DNA of 41,937 nt, taken from UHGV virus genome UHGV-0025826; one strand, 5' to 3'. Numbering within the stretch: the stretch's first letter is position 1; every line of letters starts with the position of its first letter. Below are positions 34,021 through 41,937 of this stretch, in pieces. The notes below the pieces were generated by a model, which was not told the origin of the DNA, did not search any database, and was given only the letters and a program-made list of their open reading frames with translations. Origin of the DNA: a virus. A program made the translations under genes and the position numbers.

Positions 34021-34542
34021 ATGGATGCGGCTCAATCATCTCTTGGTGAAGGGAAGTTATTGATTGCATATTCAGACCATAGCGGAGCTACAGTAGGCTT
34101 AGAGTTTTCATCAGTAGCTTCGAGCCAAGCAACCTTCCTTATGGGTGCTTGTAGTTTTGCCGCTTCGGATAAACAAAAACGGATTGTCACATCAGTTGCT
34201 ATGGATGATACTGAAATCATTCATACGTCAACTGAAGATGGAGGTGACGACATGGAAAAGAGATTGGCTATTCTTGAGGTTGAAGTTGCCCACATCAAGA
34301 AAGATGTTGCCGAGATAAAAAACACAGTTTCAAAAGTTGATACGACAGTGAATTCACTGGACAAAAATATGGCTGTAGTTTTGGAGAGGCTGTCTAGTAT
34401 CAAAGAGTCTGTAGACAAAAAGCCCTCATCAGACACAGTGGACAAGAAAATCTCTGATGCTAAATTGGCGATTCTCTTAGGTGTCCCTGCGATTATCGCC
34501 ATTGGTACAGGGCTGTACAAAGCTTTTATGCACTTCTTTTAG
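34021..34542 (+). CDS. Hypothetical tail-anchored membrane protein with coiled coil, cassette B gene 2
   Basis: ATG 7 nt after gene 1 stop; heptad-like region (LAILEVEVAHIKKDVAEIKNTVSKVDTTVNSL...) then C-terminal hydrophobic AILLGVPAIIAIGTGLY. Confidence 0.5.
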   Translation: MDAAQSSLGEGKLLIAYSDHSGATVGLEFSSVASSQATFLMGACSFAASDKQKRIVTSVAMDDTEIIHTSTEDGGDDMEKRLAILEVEVAHIKKDVAEIKNTVSKVDTTVNSLDKNMAVVLERLSSIKESVDKKPSSDTVDKKISDAKLAILLGVPAIIAIGTGLYKAFMHFF

Positions 34543-34616
34543 TCAGATTTGGTCAATACGCCTGAGTTATAAGGCTCTCAGCTACTAACTCTGTCGCCTT
34601 CCCCGAACCTTCTCAT

Positions 34617-34642
34617 CCCGACCACGCGTCGGGATTTTTTTT
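34617..34642 (+). terminator. Rho-independent terminator closing the repressor/cassette B transcript
   Basis: cccgac-cacgc-gtcggg stem-loop followed by T8. Confidence 0.65.
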
Positions 34643-34716
34643 GCCTGCGATTCTGCAGACGTGTCACAAAACCCAGCCACATAAACCTCAGATTTACAAT
34701 TAATACCAACCCTAAG

Positions 34717-34745
34717 TTGACATATATATAAACCAGTGATTTAAT
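34717..34745 (+). promoter_or_regulatory. Candidate early-left (PL-like) promoter
   Basis: TTGACA (34717-34722), 17-nt spacer, TTTAAT (34740-34745), just downstream of the terminator. Confidence 0.4.
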
Positions 34746-34997
34746 CTAACTCACCAAGACGCACCACGAACCACCCAAGCATGGAGCCCACGAAGTAGCC
34801 GTCCGGGGCATACGAAAACCGGAATGAGGTGGTGATATTAACGCGCAGTAGGTTTGAAACGTTCCGCCAGCCTGGCGACAAGGGCAAACACAGAAGTGAG
34901 CTTCGCGGTGGTGAATTGCAGAGTTAAAACGCTCAACTGTGAAGATCAGCGTCACGGCACCACCAGCGAAGTTCACTCAGCAATAGTGGAGAACATC

Positions 34998-35204
34998 ATG
35001 GTTCATCAGCACTACGGTACACAGACAGTAAACCGCGGCGCAGTTCAGCCGGGGATGCTTGTAAAACACAAAGACTCAACCTGGACGGCATCAGCTAACG
35101 CTCGCGGACGTTTGTATCTGCATCGCGGCGTAGAAATGACTTACACCAAGGATTTGCTGGTTGAAGTTTATCTGAACGGTCTGGGGCATGGACTCAGCCA
35201 CTAG
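34998..35204 (+). CDS. Hypothetical early protein (68 aa)
   Basis: ATG at 34998 with GGAGAA upstream; the longer frame from 34854 begins with TTG and has no RBS. Confidence 0.3.
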   Translation: MVHQHYGTQTVNRGAVQPGMLVKHKDSTWTASANARGRLYLHRGVEMTYTKDLLVEVYLNGLGHGLSH

Positions 35205-35215
35205 CGGAGGATGTC

Positions 35216-35377
35216 ATGTTAGACAAGAAATGCGGATATTGCGGCAAGCCGGTTAAAACGGAGGAAGTAATCAAGAGCACCCTTCTCTATCGCAACGGCT
35301 CACAGCTGGCGCGCAAAGAAAAAGAGTATTGCTCCAAACGTTGCGCTTCGCACGACCAGATGGCTCACGAAGGCTAA
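35216..35377 (+). CDS. Small Cys4 zinc-ribbon-like protein (53 aa)
   Basis: MLDKKCGYCGK...EYCSKRCASHDQ; GGAGGA 7 nt upstream of ATG; below the ORF-track size cut-off. Confidence 0.35.
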   Translation: MLDKKCGYCGKPVKTEEVIKSTLLYRNGSQLARKEKEYCSKRCASHDQMAHEG

Positions 35378-35516
35378 CGTAAAACCCGCGCAAGGCGGGA
35401 TCTACGTCCGGTGGTACCGACCAAAGTTACACCGGAAACAACATTAAAACCAAAGTTAACCCAATGGGCGCTATCAATGGTCCGGGGATTCTAACACCCA
35501 AAAATGAGGATCTCAC

Positions 35517-38500
35517 ATGGAATTCTTTAATGTGGTTAAAGCCACTCAGAAATCCGGAAAGCAAGATGCAGTGGTCTGGTTCACTGCTAAAACCGAGGCT
35601 CGCGCCAATCTGATGCTGGATGTTGCGCTGGAAGATGCAGGTATCGAAACAGGTCGGGGTAAGGACTACGCCAAACCGATTCGCACTGATTTCCCAGTTG
35701 TCGACGGTCTGCCGAAAGAAGGTGAAGTTGATTTTACCTGGTGTGATCGCTACGAGCTTCAGGACGATGGGCGCACCTGGCTGCCAAAAGCCGCTGGTGT
35801 GTCTACTGGTTCCGTTGACGCCCCCTACACACCTACTCCGACCGTAATCGTTGAAGATGCGACTGCGTCCGAAATTGTCCCGGTTGAAAACCGTACTCCA
35901 GCGGTCCGCTTTGCCGTCCATCTGATGAACGATAAATACCAAACCCACGTCACTAAAGAGCAGCAGTTGGCTGCCAGCGAAATGTCACTGGATGAAGGCA
36001 ATACATATCTCCATAGCCTGCTTGTGGCAAGGAACGATGTGCCCGCGACCGCCAAACTCAGCCTGAATGCTGAGTGGAAAATGATTCGGGCGGTTAAGGA
36101 CATTTTCACACCAGACGAAGAGCACGAACCAAGATTGATCGCTGCATTCATGTCTGACTGGGTGAACACCGATGCCGGTGACCGCAATCAACTGGTAGAA
36201 GACTGGCGCAGTGGTAAGTTGCAGTTGCTCAAAACTGAAACCAGCAACGCTGCTGACGTTACAACTGGTCAAGATCTCACTGTTGAGGACGGTATCCAGA
36301 CCGACGAGAACGGCCGGGCAGAAGGTGGCGTCGTTGATGGTGAAGTCGATACCGAAGAGCAATCCCAGCAGACACAGCAACCGAACCTGATCGTTGTTGC
36401 CACCCTGCCATTCCGCCAGCGCGTACTGGCTCAGTTCATCGGTGATGGTGAATATCTCTATCACATCGACGCAGGGCAGAAAAATGAGATTGTCCGCCTT
36501 GAGATGGACACCGATGACGCGTACGTCCAGAACCTGCTGCTGGCAGCTGAGAATGTGGAAGCATTCAAAAAAGCCATTGAGCACGATATTCATAAAGTCG
36601 TGAATGCCGTTAAGAAAGTCTTCCCTGTCGATGGTAAAAAACCGGAGCTGGCAACAGTTATCCAGTTCCTGACTGTGTGGTTCAACACTGATTACATCGA
36701 CCGTGGCCTGCTGGTCAAGGAATGGCAGAAAGGTAACCGCGTTGCGCAGATTCAACGTACTGACGTCAAAACCAATGCTGGCGGTGGAAATAAGACCGAT
36801 CGTAATACCGACTATGTCCACACACTGGACACTTTGGATGTTGAAATTGCGCTGGCCACCTTGCCAATGGATTTCAATATCTACGACATACCTGGTGGGG
36901 TCTACCGTCGCGCTAAAGAGATTGTCAGCAAGAAAGAAAGTCCGTTCAGCGAATGGTCTGAGGCGCTGCGCAAAACCGCTGGCATCCTGGACTATTCACG
37001 CGCCGCCATCTTTGCACTCATCCGCGGCACATCATCAGAATTGGTTAACTTTCCTGGGCGGTTGCGGGCATATATCAATGCCAATCTAACCGAAAATGAC
37101 CACTCAAACCTCTCAGAAGAAACGCTGGCTGATGCTGGTCATGCGCCGGACGTCAGCTGGGAAAATGAGGTTAATGAGCAGGTCGCTGCAGAGCAGAAAA
37201 CAGCTGCTAAACAGCCACAAATCGCCAACATGGGCAACGGCGTATTCTCCATTGATGGCCTGATGGGCGATCAACAAACACAAACAGATAACCGTTCACC
37301 ACTTAATGAGGAAACCACCAGCAATGTGCAGATGGAAGAAACTGTCAGTGATGAAGAACAGGCTGGTGATGAAGTGCAGTCAGGCGAAAGCAGTCTGGAA
37401 ACTGGTGAAGAGTCACATACCGGCCAGCAAGCCGATGTGAGCCAGAATGCGGATTCTGTTAGCCAAAACAGCGATTCTGTAAACCAAACCGAACCGGTTG
37501 CGGCCCAAACCGAGCCAGAAGCTCAATCTGACGAACCGGGTGTTGTGTACCCTGCTTACTTCGAACCTGGCCGCTATGAAGGTCTGCCGAACGAGGTTTA
37601 CCACGCTGCCAACGGCATCAGTTCCACCCAGGTAAAAGATGCGCGCGTTTCGCTGATGTACTTCAATGCGCGCCACGTTGAGAAAACCATCGTCAAAGAG
37701 CGCTCCTCAGTGCTGGACATGGGAAACCTGGTACATGCGCTGGCGTTGCAGCCAGAACAGCTCGATGAAGAATTTAGCGTTGAACCCGTAATTCCGGAAG
37801 GTGCATTTACCACCACGGCAACGATCCGCGCGTTTATTGATGAGTACAACGCCAGCCTGCCAGCGCAACTGAGCGCAGACGATATCAAAGCTTTGCTGGA
37901 TGAATACAACGCCACCCTGCCAGCGCTGGTGCCGCTGGGCGCTAGCCTGGATGAAACGGCGCAGAACTATATGGCGCTGCCAGCTGAATTCCAACGTATC
38001 GATGCAGATCAGAAGAAGACAGCAACAGCAATGAAGGCGTGCATCAAAGAGTACAACGCCACCCTGCCAGCGCAGATTAAAACCAGCGGCAGCCGCGACG
38101 CACTACTCGAACAACTTGCGATTATCAATCCTGACCTGGTCGCGCAGGAAGCTCAGAAGCTGCAACCGCTGAAAGTCTCTGGCACGAAGGCCGATCTGAT
38201 TCAGGCCGTGAAGGCAGTCAAACCAGATGCAGTGTTCGCCGACGAGCTGCTCGATGCGTGGCGCAACAACCCGGAAGGGAAAGTGCTGGTTACCCACCAG
38301 CAACTTGCCACCGCGCAGGCAATTCAGTCAGCACTGCTCTCGCACCCGACCGCAGGCATGCTGCTAACCCACCCGAGCCGCGCCGTTGAGGTGAGCTACT
38401 TTGGCTTTGACGAGGAGACGGGACTGGAAGTTCGTGTGCGCCCTGACCTTGAGATCGACCTAGACGGCGTGCGTATCGGTGCTGACCTGAAAACCATCAG

Positions 38501-38840
38501 CATGTGGAATGTTAAGCAGGAAAGCCTGCGCGCCAGGCTACACCGGGAAATTATTGAACGTGATTATCACCTGAGCGCGGCTATGTACTGCGAAACCGCA
38601 GCGCTGGATCAGTTCTTCTGGATTTTCGTCAACAAAGACGAGAACTACCACTGGATCGCCATCATCGAGGCATCCGCTGAACTACTGGAGCTGGGTATGC
38701 TCGAGTACCGCAAAGCGATGCGCAATATCGCAACCGGATTCGACACAGGTGAATGGCCAGCGCCAATCACTGCTGACTACACCGACGAACTGAACGACTT
38801 CGACCTGCGCCGCCTTGAAGCGCTGCGTACTCAGGCATAA
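35517..38840 (+). CDS. RecE-like exonuclease (exonuclease VIII-type, long N-terminal extension)
   Basis: 1107 aa; acidic low-complexity middle; directly upstream of a RecT/Redbeta-like annealase; GAGGA RBS; nuclease-domain assignment is positional. Confidence 0.55.
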   Translation: MEFFNVVKATQKSGKQDAVVWFTAKTEARANLMLDVALEDAGIETGRGKDYAKPIRTDFPVVDGLPKEGEVDFTWCDRYELQDDGRTWLPKAAGVSTGSVDAPYTPTPTVIVEDATASEIVPVENRTPAVRFAVHLMNDKYQTHVTKEQQLAASEMSLDEGNTYLHSLLVARNDVPATAKLSLNAEWKMIRAVKDIFTPDEEHEPRLIAAFMSDWVNTDAGDRNQLVEDWRSGKLQLLKTETSNAADVTTGQDLTVEDGIQTDENGRAEGGVVDGEVDTEEQSQQTQQPNLIVVATLPFRQRVLAQFIGDGEYLYHIDAGQKNEIVRLEMDTDDAYVQNLLLAAENVEAFKKAIEHDIHKVVNAVKKVFPVDGKKPELATVIQFLTVWFNTDYIDRGLLVKEWQKGNRVAQIQRTDVKTNAGGGNKTDRNTDYVHTLDTLDVEIALATLPMDFNIYDIPGGVYRRAKEIVSKKESPFSEWSEALRKTAGILDYSRAAIFALIRGTSSELVNFPGRLRAYINANLTENDHSNLSEETLADAGHAPDVSWENEVNEQVAAEQKTAAKQPQIANMGNGVFSIDGLMGDQQTQTDNRSPLNEETTSNVQMEETVSDEEQAGDEVQSGESSLETGEESHTGQQADVSQNADSVSQNSDSVNQTEPVAAQTEPEAQSDEPGVVYPAYFEPGRYEGLPNEVYHAANGISSTQVKDARVSLMYFNARHVEKTIVKERSSVLDMGNLVHALALQPEQLDEEFSVEPVIPEGAFTTTATIRAFIDEYNASLPAQLSADDIKALLDEYNATLPALVPLGASLDETAQNYMALPAEFQRIDADQKKTATAMKACIKEYNATLPAQIKTSGSRDALLEQLAIINPDLVAQEAQKLQPLKVSGTKADLIQAVKAVKPDAVFADELLDAWRNNPEGKVLVTHQQLATAQAIQSALLSHPTAGMLLTHPSRAVEVSYFGFDEETGLEVRVRPDLEIDLDGVRIGADLKTISMWNVKQESLRARLHREIIERDYHLSAAMYCETAALDQFFWIFVNKDENYHWIAIIEASAELLELGMLEYRKAMRNIATGFDTGEWPAPITADYTDELNDFDLRRLEALRTQA

Positions 38841-38845
38841 GGGGA

Positions 38846-39964
38846 ATGATGATGGAAAACACGAATATCGTAACCGCTGAACAGCAGACTCCAAACACGA
38901 TCTCAGCCAGCAATGCCATTTTCAACGTGCAGGCTTTAACCCAGCTTCAGTCTGTCGCCGGGTTGATGGCACAGGCAGCCGTAACGGTGCCTGAGCACCT
39001 CCGCGGCAATCCGGCAGACTGCATGGCCATCATCATGCAGGCGATGCAGTGGGGTATGAACCCTTACGCCGTGGCGCAAAAGACGCACCTGGTTAATGGT
39101 GTCCTGGGATACGAAGCGCAACTGGTTAATGCGGTGATCTCCAGCTCAAACGCCATCGTTGGCCGCTTTCACTATGAGTACGAGGGCGACTGGTCGAAAT
39201 GTGCCAGCAGCCGCGAGATAACCGTTAAAAAGCCTGCGAAAGGTGGCGGGACGTACGACAAGAAAGAAATGGTACGCGGTTGGGAAAGTGCTGATGAACA
39301 AGGACTGTCGGTACGGGTAGGTGCCGTTATTCGCGGTGAAAGTGATATCACCTGGGGAGAGCCTGTTTTCCTCTCCAGCGTAATCACACGTAATTCTCCA
39401 CTTTGGGTATCAAACCCGAAACAGCAGATCGCTTATCTGGCACTCAAATACTGGGCGCGCCTGTATTGCCCTGCAGTTGTTCTTGGTGTGTACACCCCTG
39501 ATGAGATTGAACAGCGCACAGAAAAAGAGATCAACCCAACGCCGCAACGCGTTAGCCTGGCTGATATCTCAGGTGACACCGTCACAACCACGCAAAGCGC
39601 ACAGGAATCGTCGGTAAATGTCGACTCTCTTGCCGATGATTTCCGCGAACGCATCGAATCTGCTCAGAACGTGGATAGCGCCAAATCGCTGCGTGCCGAC
39701 ATTGAAACGGCGAAAGCTACGCTGGGATCCGCACTATTCACCGAGCTGAAAAACAAAGCCGTAAAGCGTTATTACCTAGTGGATGCACGCAACAAGGTTG
39801 AGGAGGCTATTAAATCCCTGCCCCAGCCCGACGAGCCGCATGCATCCGAACGGTTCGCTGAAGCCGAGCGCATGCTTGCATCTTCAAAGCGTCACTTAGG
39901 CGATGAACTGCACGATCAATTCAGCATCACCCTGGCGGATATGAAACCGGAATACGTGGCCTGA
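38846..39964 (+). CDS. Single-strand annealing protein (RecT/Redbeta family)
   Basis: 372 aa; AMQWGMNPYAV resembles lambda Bet ANQYGLNPWTK and RecT; immediately downstream of the exonuclease. Confidence 0.6.
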   Translation: MMMENTNIVTAEQQTPNTISASNAIFNVQALTQLQSVAGLMAQAAVTVPEHLRGNPADCMAIIMQAMQWGMNPYAVAQKTHLVNGVLGYEAQLVNAVISSSNAIVGRFHYEYEGDWSKCASSREITVKKPAKGGGTYDKKEMVRGWESADEQGLSVRVGAVIRGESDITWGEPVFLSSVITRNSPLWVSNPKQQIAYLALKYWARLYCPAVVLGVYTPDEIEQRTEKEINPTPQRVSLADISGDTVTTTQSAQESSVNVDSLADDFRERIESAQNVDSAKSLRADIETAKATLGSALFTELKNKAVKRYYLVDARNKVEEAIKSLPQPDEPHASERFAEAERMLASSKRHLGDELHDQFSITLADMKPEYVA

Positions 39965-39971
39965 CGAGACC

Positions 39972-39989
39972 GGGAGGGGTAACCCTCCC
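39972..39989 (+). other. GC-rich stem-loop after the annealase gene, no U-tract
   Basis: gggaggg-gtaa-ccctccc, followed directly by the AAGGAG RBS of the next ORF. Confidence 0.25.
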
Positions 39990-40002
39990 TCAAGGAGATT
40001 AT

Positions 40003-40245
40003 ATGCGACTGATCAATCGAGGAAGTAAGCAATCACCTTTAGCTCGCCAAGCATGCGACATCGCGCTGGCAGCTCACTTGCAAACATATGGCGACTATGG
40101 GCGAAGCAAGATGAAAGAGACTTATACGGTGAAGGTTGAAGGCGTGAAAGTCTGGGTGGAGGTGGTGAACCGAAAGGCGAGCTACGTGGCCACAGCGATG
40201 ACCGGCATGCGCCGTCTCCGCTCCCTGCCCGGGCAGGTTGGTTGA
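40003..40245 (+). CDS. Hypothetical protein (80 aa)
   Basis: ATG with AAGGAG RBS; between the annealase and excisionase genes. Confidence 0.3.
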   Translation: MRLINRGSKQSPLARQACDIALAAHLQTYGDYGRSKMKETYTVKVEGVKVWVEVVNRKASYVATAMTGMRRLRSLPGQVG

Positions 40246-40286
40246 AAAAGATTTTGAATGGCCCGAACGGGCAACTGGAGAGAGCT

Positions 40287-40484
40287 ATGGATGATATTTT
40301 GGTAACGTCAGACCTGACCAGTCGCTACAAAATTTCACGCAAAACCCTTTGGTCATGGCAAAGTGCAGACACAATGCCTCGGGGCTTCGTATGCCCGTTC
40401 CCACCCCCTGACTGGCCCGGCAACCCTAACCGCTGGCGCTCTGAGTCAATCAAAGAGTGGGAGGATAAAAAGAAGATAAATTAA
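40287..40484 (+). CDS. Excisionase / AlpA-family DNA-binding protein
   Basis: Start at ATG 40287 with GGAGAG upstream; SRKTLWSW...FP.P...G...W..SEIKEW pattern typical of AlpA/Xis; adjacent to and convergent with integrase. Confidence 0.55.
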
Positions 40485-41674
40485 CTGAAGGGCTCTCCGA
40501 TGATCTCTTCAAGATGGCTCTGCCAAACGCGGAGCCAGTGTTTCTGATCATCGATATAGTCATGAAGGTTGTAATGCGCCATAACCCCCACCATCTGATG
40601 CCCGAGCAGCTTTTCAATTACGTGCGGCGGGCAACCTAACTCAGAGAGATTTGTGGCTATCGTCCGCCTCATATCATGAAGCGACCACTCTGCCATACCT
40701 GTTCCATTCCAAATAGAACGGGCGTAATTGGATGCCACAGGTGAATGAACGGGCGAATCTTTGATCCCGCCATCAATTTTACGTTGTGAAGTCACCAGGT
40801 GATTGGTGTTTATTTTCTTGAGGTGATTTCTGACCAGGTTAACGGCGGCGTCTGAGAGTCCCCTTCTAATATGTACCCGAGTTTTATAACTGCCCGCAGG
40901 CACGACCCACTCATTATCATCCAATCGAAACCATGATCTCTCACTAAGTCGAATCTCAGCCGTACGGCATCCGGTAAGCATAATAAATTTCACCAGGAAA
41001 ACGGACTCTATCGACATATGGCTTTTCAACCACTGATAGATTTTGCGCAGATCGTCATCGTCCATCCTGCGAGTTCTCTTTTTAGGCTTTTGCCCGACAT
41101 CAGATGGCAGTAATCCCTCGAGTGGGTTTGAGGCGATCACACTTCTGTTAACGCAGAACCTAAACGCCCGTTTGCACAGCGAAAGCATGTAATGAGCCAT
41201 CACCCTGCTTTCTATAGAATCGAAGACGTTGATCCAGTGCATTTTCGCTGTGTTATCGACTTTGACATTCTTCATCGGTTCGGCGATATGTTTCTCAAAC
41301 ACCTGGCGATAGTAATCGACTTTAACTAGCCCGTTAGCGATACAGTGCCTTTCAATCCAGTAATTGAACGCTTCGGCAACGGACATCGCTTCCTGTCGGG
41401 TCTGCTTATCCAGCTTCACCTGCTCTCGCGGATCCAGTCCCTCAGTTAACCAGTTTCTGAATTGTTGGCGACGCTCTCTTGCCTGGGTGATACTCATTGC
41501 AGGATAATCACCAACATTGAGTTTTACCGCTTTACCGGCCCAGCGATACCGATAGAAAAATGATATTTTTCCGGCCTGGCTGATTCTGGCGTTGAGCCCG
41601 TGCGAATCAGAAATAATCTCGATATCATCTCTTTTCTTGCCGAGCGCCTTCCTGAGCTTTGTGTCGGTGATCAT
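40481..41674 (-). CDS. int: Tyrosine integrase (P4-like)
   Basis: Start set to ATG at 41674 ([10 protein letters not shown]...); N-terminal FFYRYRW arm-binding-like domain; catalytic HDMRRT and LLGH...HY motifs; adjacent to attR. Confidence 0.9.
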
Positions 41675-41860
41675 TGAATGGGTACACATTTTTGTTTTTG
41701 GGTACACAAAAGTGTACACAAAGTTGCCCACTCAAAGCTACACGCAATGTAACACTAGTTCGCAGAGTGTTATGGTTTACATCCTTGAAAGCCTGCTGGA
41801 TAAGGGTTTAGCGTAACAGAACGTTTTTACGCGGAATTGTTCGTAATATGCCAAATGACA

Positions 41861-41877
41861 ATTTAAGAAAGTGTTCT
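41861..41877. repeat. attR core: 17-bp direct repeat
   Basis: Exact match to 61-77. Confidence 0.6.
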
Positions 41878-41901
41878 GAATAGAGATTCAATATTTAAGG
41901 G

Positions 41902-41929
41902 CACGGTTTTTGCAACCGTGTTCTTGTTT
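41902..41929 (+). terminator. Probable native terminator of the host ORF displaced to the right prophage flank
   Basis: cacggtt-tttgc-aaccgtg stem-loop followed by ttcttgttt, 25 nt after the attR copy of the ORF 3' end. Confidence 0.45.
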
Positions 41930-41937
41930 GGCCTTTC

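Larger units (their letters stand above)
61..41877. mobile_element. Complete integrated temperate phage (lambdoid/Rac-like early region, Mu-like contractile tail)
   Basis: Bounded by the 17-bp direct repeats; integrase at the right end; full set of recombination, immunity, replication, lysis, packaging, head and tail genes. Confidence 0.85.

Noticed and set aside
35427-36821. Minus-strand ORFs 35427..35948, 35825..36187, 35985..36821
   Set aside because: Antisense within the RecE-like gene; no RBS; not supported.
1-41937. CRISPR arrays, tRNA or rRNA genes
   Set aside because: No regularly spaced short direct repeats and no tRNA-like T-arm or cloverleaf signatures were seen; the repeats present are att cores, iterons, recombination sites or gene-end duplications.

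Overview
The window is almost entirely one integrated temperate phage (about 41.8 kb, roughly 61..41877) in an enterobacterial-type host, bounded by a 17-bp direct repeat (atttaagaaagtgttct) that overlaps the last codons of a host ORF. All calls come from reading the sequence and the ORF track by eye against remembered protein families; no database search, alignment or composition calculation was run, so coordinates of short motifs may be off by a few bases. Layout from right to left: integrase and AlpA-like excisionase; a RecE-like exonuclease with a RecT/Redbeta-like annealase; an immunity region (short HTH repressor, divergent Cro/YdaS-like gene, YdaT/CII-like gene); lambda O/P-like replication genes with iterons inside O; a nin-like region (DinI-like gene behind a LexA box, NinG); a Q-position gene; lysis genes (dual-start holin, SAR endolysin, Rz with embedded Rz1); terminase, portal and head genes; a Mu-like contractile tail and baseplate; and a tail fibre whose C-terminus is switched by a Hin/Gin-type invertible segment next to a serine invertase. 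The best candidates for an undescribed system are two AT-rich, translationally coupled two-gene cassettes in classical moron hotspots: one directly downstream of Q (24887..26046) and one directly downstream of the repressor in the rexAB/sieB position (33733..34542). Further accessory genes are a DUF4236-like membrane protein inside the baseplate operon, a YfbU-family gene between terminase and lysis genes, an orphan DNA methyltransferase, and a small gene flanked by duplicated C5-methyltransferase 3'-end fragments. No tRNA, rRNA or CRISPR array was seen.
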